DNA of 64,000 nt from Gracilinanus agilis (Eukaryota). The notes under the pieces are model-generated. The model was not told where the DNA came from. It ran no database searches and worked only from the letters and a program-made list of their open reading frames with translations. The stretch covers positions 327,845,335-327,909,334 of the forward strand of contig NC_058133.1 of assembly GCF_016433145.1 (NCBI RefSeq), read 5' to 3'. Shown piece by piece: positions 61,157 to 64,000 of the stretch (positions within the stretch are counted from its first letter, which is position 1; the number at the start of each line of letters is the position of its first letter). The position numbers and the translations under genes are program-made.

Positions 61157-62999
61157 GCTATTGATATTCACTAGGACATAAACATTAATTTGTTTTTTTC
61201 ATTTGTTGAAGATAGGTTGCATAAAGACATTCACTCTCTCACTTTGTTGTCATTCTGATGGTATTAGAGATCCAAAAATTGAAAGGAATCTTGGGAACTA
61301 AAATCCTCATTTTATAGATAAGGATTTTGGGGTTGTAGTTCATAGCTAGAAAATGATAGAGATAACCATGCATATATGAATACAGACATTTATAAACATG
61401 TACAGCATGTATGCATGTCCATACTGCATGTATACATGTATGTATCTCTGTGTTACAGAGTTTAATAACTTAAAACTAGAATGAGACTTTTGGGACACCT
61501 TATATTTTGTTGGCTTGTATGTTTTAAAGTTTGAAAAATATAGGTGTGTATGTATATATGCATGCATACATATAAATAAATATATGTGTGTACCCATATA
61601 TTTAAATTGGACCTTTGATTTCATTAATCTAGGAATCTATCAGCTAGAGACTTCCTCTACTGGCACAAAAGTTAGACCAAAGAATAACCCACTCAGGGCT
61701 GTCAAATGAAAACATTAGGAGGTTGACTTTTTTGGAGTTAAGAGTATGACGGTACAGGTAAGGGCAAATCCTGCTAGTCTTCATAGTTCTGGGCTCAAGT
61801 GAACCCTCTGCCCCATCTTAAGAGCTTCCTAATTGGTTTGGCCAATGGAGAAATCTGAGTTTGGAAAGGTTGGTTCAGTCTCTCCCAGGGTAACCAGACT
61901 TATGTAGGACAGGGTGGAGTAAAATTTCTTTGCAAAACTAAAAATACATGCTTACATTTAAAAAATATGAATTTATGTAATACACTATTTATCCCTCAAT
62001 TTGTTGTAATTATGAACAGCTTTGGATTGAGGAGAGCATGCTAATTCTTACTAAGTCCACACACAACCTAAATGATAGGCAGCTGGGAACATTGTGGATA
62101 TCCAGGGTTCTCTTTTGGCATCATAAACCCCAAGAGTAAAGAAATGTGCCTGACTGTCTGATAATGATTACAAAGTGTGTCCAAGAACATGAATTTAATC
62201 AAATAGATGTTGTCATCTCAATAATACAGCTCCCTTCACCCCAATACAGATAGAATAATGTTTCTACATACTTCAGATTGTAAAGACATTCAAATAATTA
62301 GCTGAATAATTGCTCATATGTGACCTTATATTTTGCTCCCAGGGCTAGATTACTGGTAGAATTATTAAAGTTACTTTCTTTCCCCTGAACATTGCCAAAT
62401 GGAACATTGCAAATAGTGCAAATAGTCCACTTTTACTAAAGTTCAAGTCATGTTCTGCATGTTGGAAAAAGAAGACTGAAAAAGACTGATCTGACAGCCC
62501 AGTTATGGCAGCTCAAAAAAAATGTCGTCATAGCTCTTCTTTCTTAATTCAGAGGAGGGGAGCCTTTACTTGGATTCTCTTGTGAACTTCAGAACAAACT
62601 CAGGAATCCTTCTGCTAGAAATGTCCCAGTGAGAGATGTACCCCTAGTAACAAGAAGTTTTCTCAAATGTATTTCAAGGCTCAGTGGAGACTTCTCCCTA
62701 TGTCACCTTGTTGCTTTATCGCAAGAACCCCTAACTTTTCCATAGGATGGGACTGTTTTTAAGTGTCTCAATACCTTGTGTTCTTCAAGTTCTGTTCATC
62801 TAATCTCTTAATAAAGCATGAAAGAAGACACACCTCCTGCCAAGCATCCTCCTAGCCAGAAATTCCCTGGCAGATAGTAAACAAAACCAATTTGAAAATC
62901 TCAAAACTAAGGATTTTGAGAGGCAACATGATATGAGACTAGACTTAGAATTAGGAAGCCTGGACTCAAATGAAGTCTTACATCTTCCTTCCCATTTCA

Positions 63000-63425
63000 A
63001 CCCTCACATATTCTGTAATTCAATGGCATTGGTCTCCTTACTCTTCCTCATATAAGAAACTCTAGCTCCCAACTCCAGGAATTTTCACTCCTTCATATTT
63101 AGGATTCTCTGTCCTTATCATGACTTCTTGGCACCTCTGGATTTTGCAGAGTTCTAGCCCCAAATTCACTTTCTGTAGAAAGTCTTGCTTGATTCCCCTC
63201 AATTATAGTGCCTTCCCTCTGTTGACTATTTCTAGTTTATCACATACACATATGTGTGTATATGTGCATATGTTTTATATATTTTCATTTCCTGTTTCTT
63301 TGTAGTTGTTGGTATGTTGTCTCTTACATTAGACCATAAGCTCTTTGAAAACAAGGACTGTCTTGATTTTCTTTGTGCTCCTAATGCTTGCACGTACTTA
63401 ATAAATGTGTATTGACTATTTAACT
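63000..63425 (+). mobile_element. L2 3' fragment
   Basis: ttagaccataagctctttgaaaacaaggactg...cttaataaatgtgtattgact. Confidence 0.75.
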
Positions 63426-64000
63426 GTGCAACCATAGGTAAGTCACTTACTTTCTCTGATCTTCAGTTTTTTCTTTATAAAAGGGGAAGAAAACTATAGG
63501 TATTATCTACTTCATAGAGTTACTGTGAGGAATGGGCTTTATTAACCTTGAAATGTTATATAAATGAGTAACAATAAAAATGGTGAATAGGAAGAGAAAG
63601 TTCAGTAAAGGGGGGAAGAGTATACACTTTCAAGTCAGAGGACTTGTGTTCAAAATCTACTTCTGATACTTTCTATGATTGTGACCTTGATTAAATTCTT
63701 TCAAACTCCCTTGGCCTTGGTTTTCTCAACCATAAAATGAGGATATTGGTTTAGTCCTCCCTTTTATCTCTAGATCTATGATCTAGGGAGATGTATATTC
63801 TCCAAAAGTGTTTTCCATTGTCATGGGGAAGATCCAGAGCAAAATTTAAAGTGAAGGATTCCTTATAGAAGGTAAGGTCATCCAGATGTTCCCACTTGAG
63901 GATGACATGGTAATTGCTCTCTCAGAACATTTCAGAGTCTCTAAAAGGAAATCCATAATCACTCAAAAGAGTTTGACTAAACTATCTGCCAGGAAAAAAA

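Noticed and set aside
61633-61757. + exon candidate with CAG|gtaagg donor
   Set aside because: Weak acceptor and stops in all frames; only a terminal MTVQ start is possible, with no supporting evidence.
1-64000. CRISPR array or other prokaryotic system
   Set aside because: The sequence is marsupial. Recurrent motifs are dispersed SINE/LINE copies, not regularly spaced repeats with unique spacers.
1-64000. Marsupial X-linked systems (Rsx repeat array, X miRNA cluster)
   Set aside because: No long tandem short-motif array and no family of repeated hairpins seen.

Overview
Eukaryotic, AT-rich, CpG-poor, repeat-dense DNA. The repeat content (young SINE1_Mdo-type SINEs, MAR1/MIR CORE-SINEs, marsupial L1 3' ends, RTE, L2, a 7SL-derived element, hAT MITEs, LTRs) indicates a marsupial, most likely a didelphid such as Monodelphis. 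Family names come from my recall of the consensus sequences, not from a database search. There are four short N gaps. I recognise no protein-coding gene, tRNA, rRNA or CRISPR array, and most ORF-track entries are repeat, low-complexity or gap artefacts, so the window reads as a large intron or intergenic region. Several isolated segments have good splice signals (minus strand: 45760-45885, 20137-20197, 9848-9921, 7956-8057, 415-488), but none translates to a protein I can name. The strongest oddity is a 320-bp foldback element at 12741-13060: TGT...ACA ends, a 4-bp target-site duplication (TSD) and 101-bp inverted arms that are 93% identical. Other notable items are an ~1.1-kb 3'UTR-like retrocopy inside an L2, a decayed acidic ORF, a target site present three times around a SINE and an L1, two short diverged local duplications, a perfect 17-bp hairpin at an RTE/L2 junction, and a small CpG-retaining island. 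Boundaries of old repeats are approximate (about +/-20 bp) unless a TSD is quoted.
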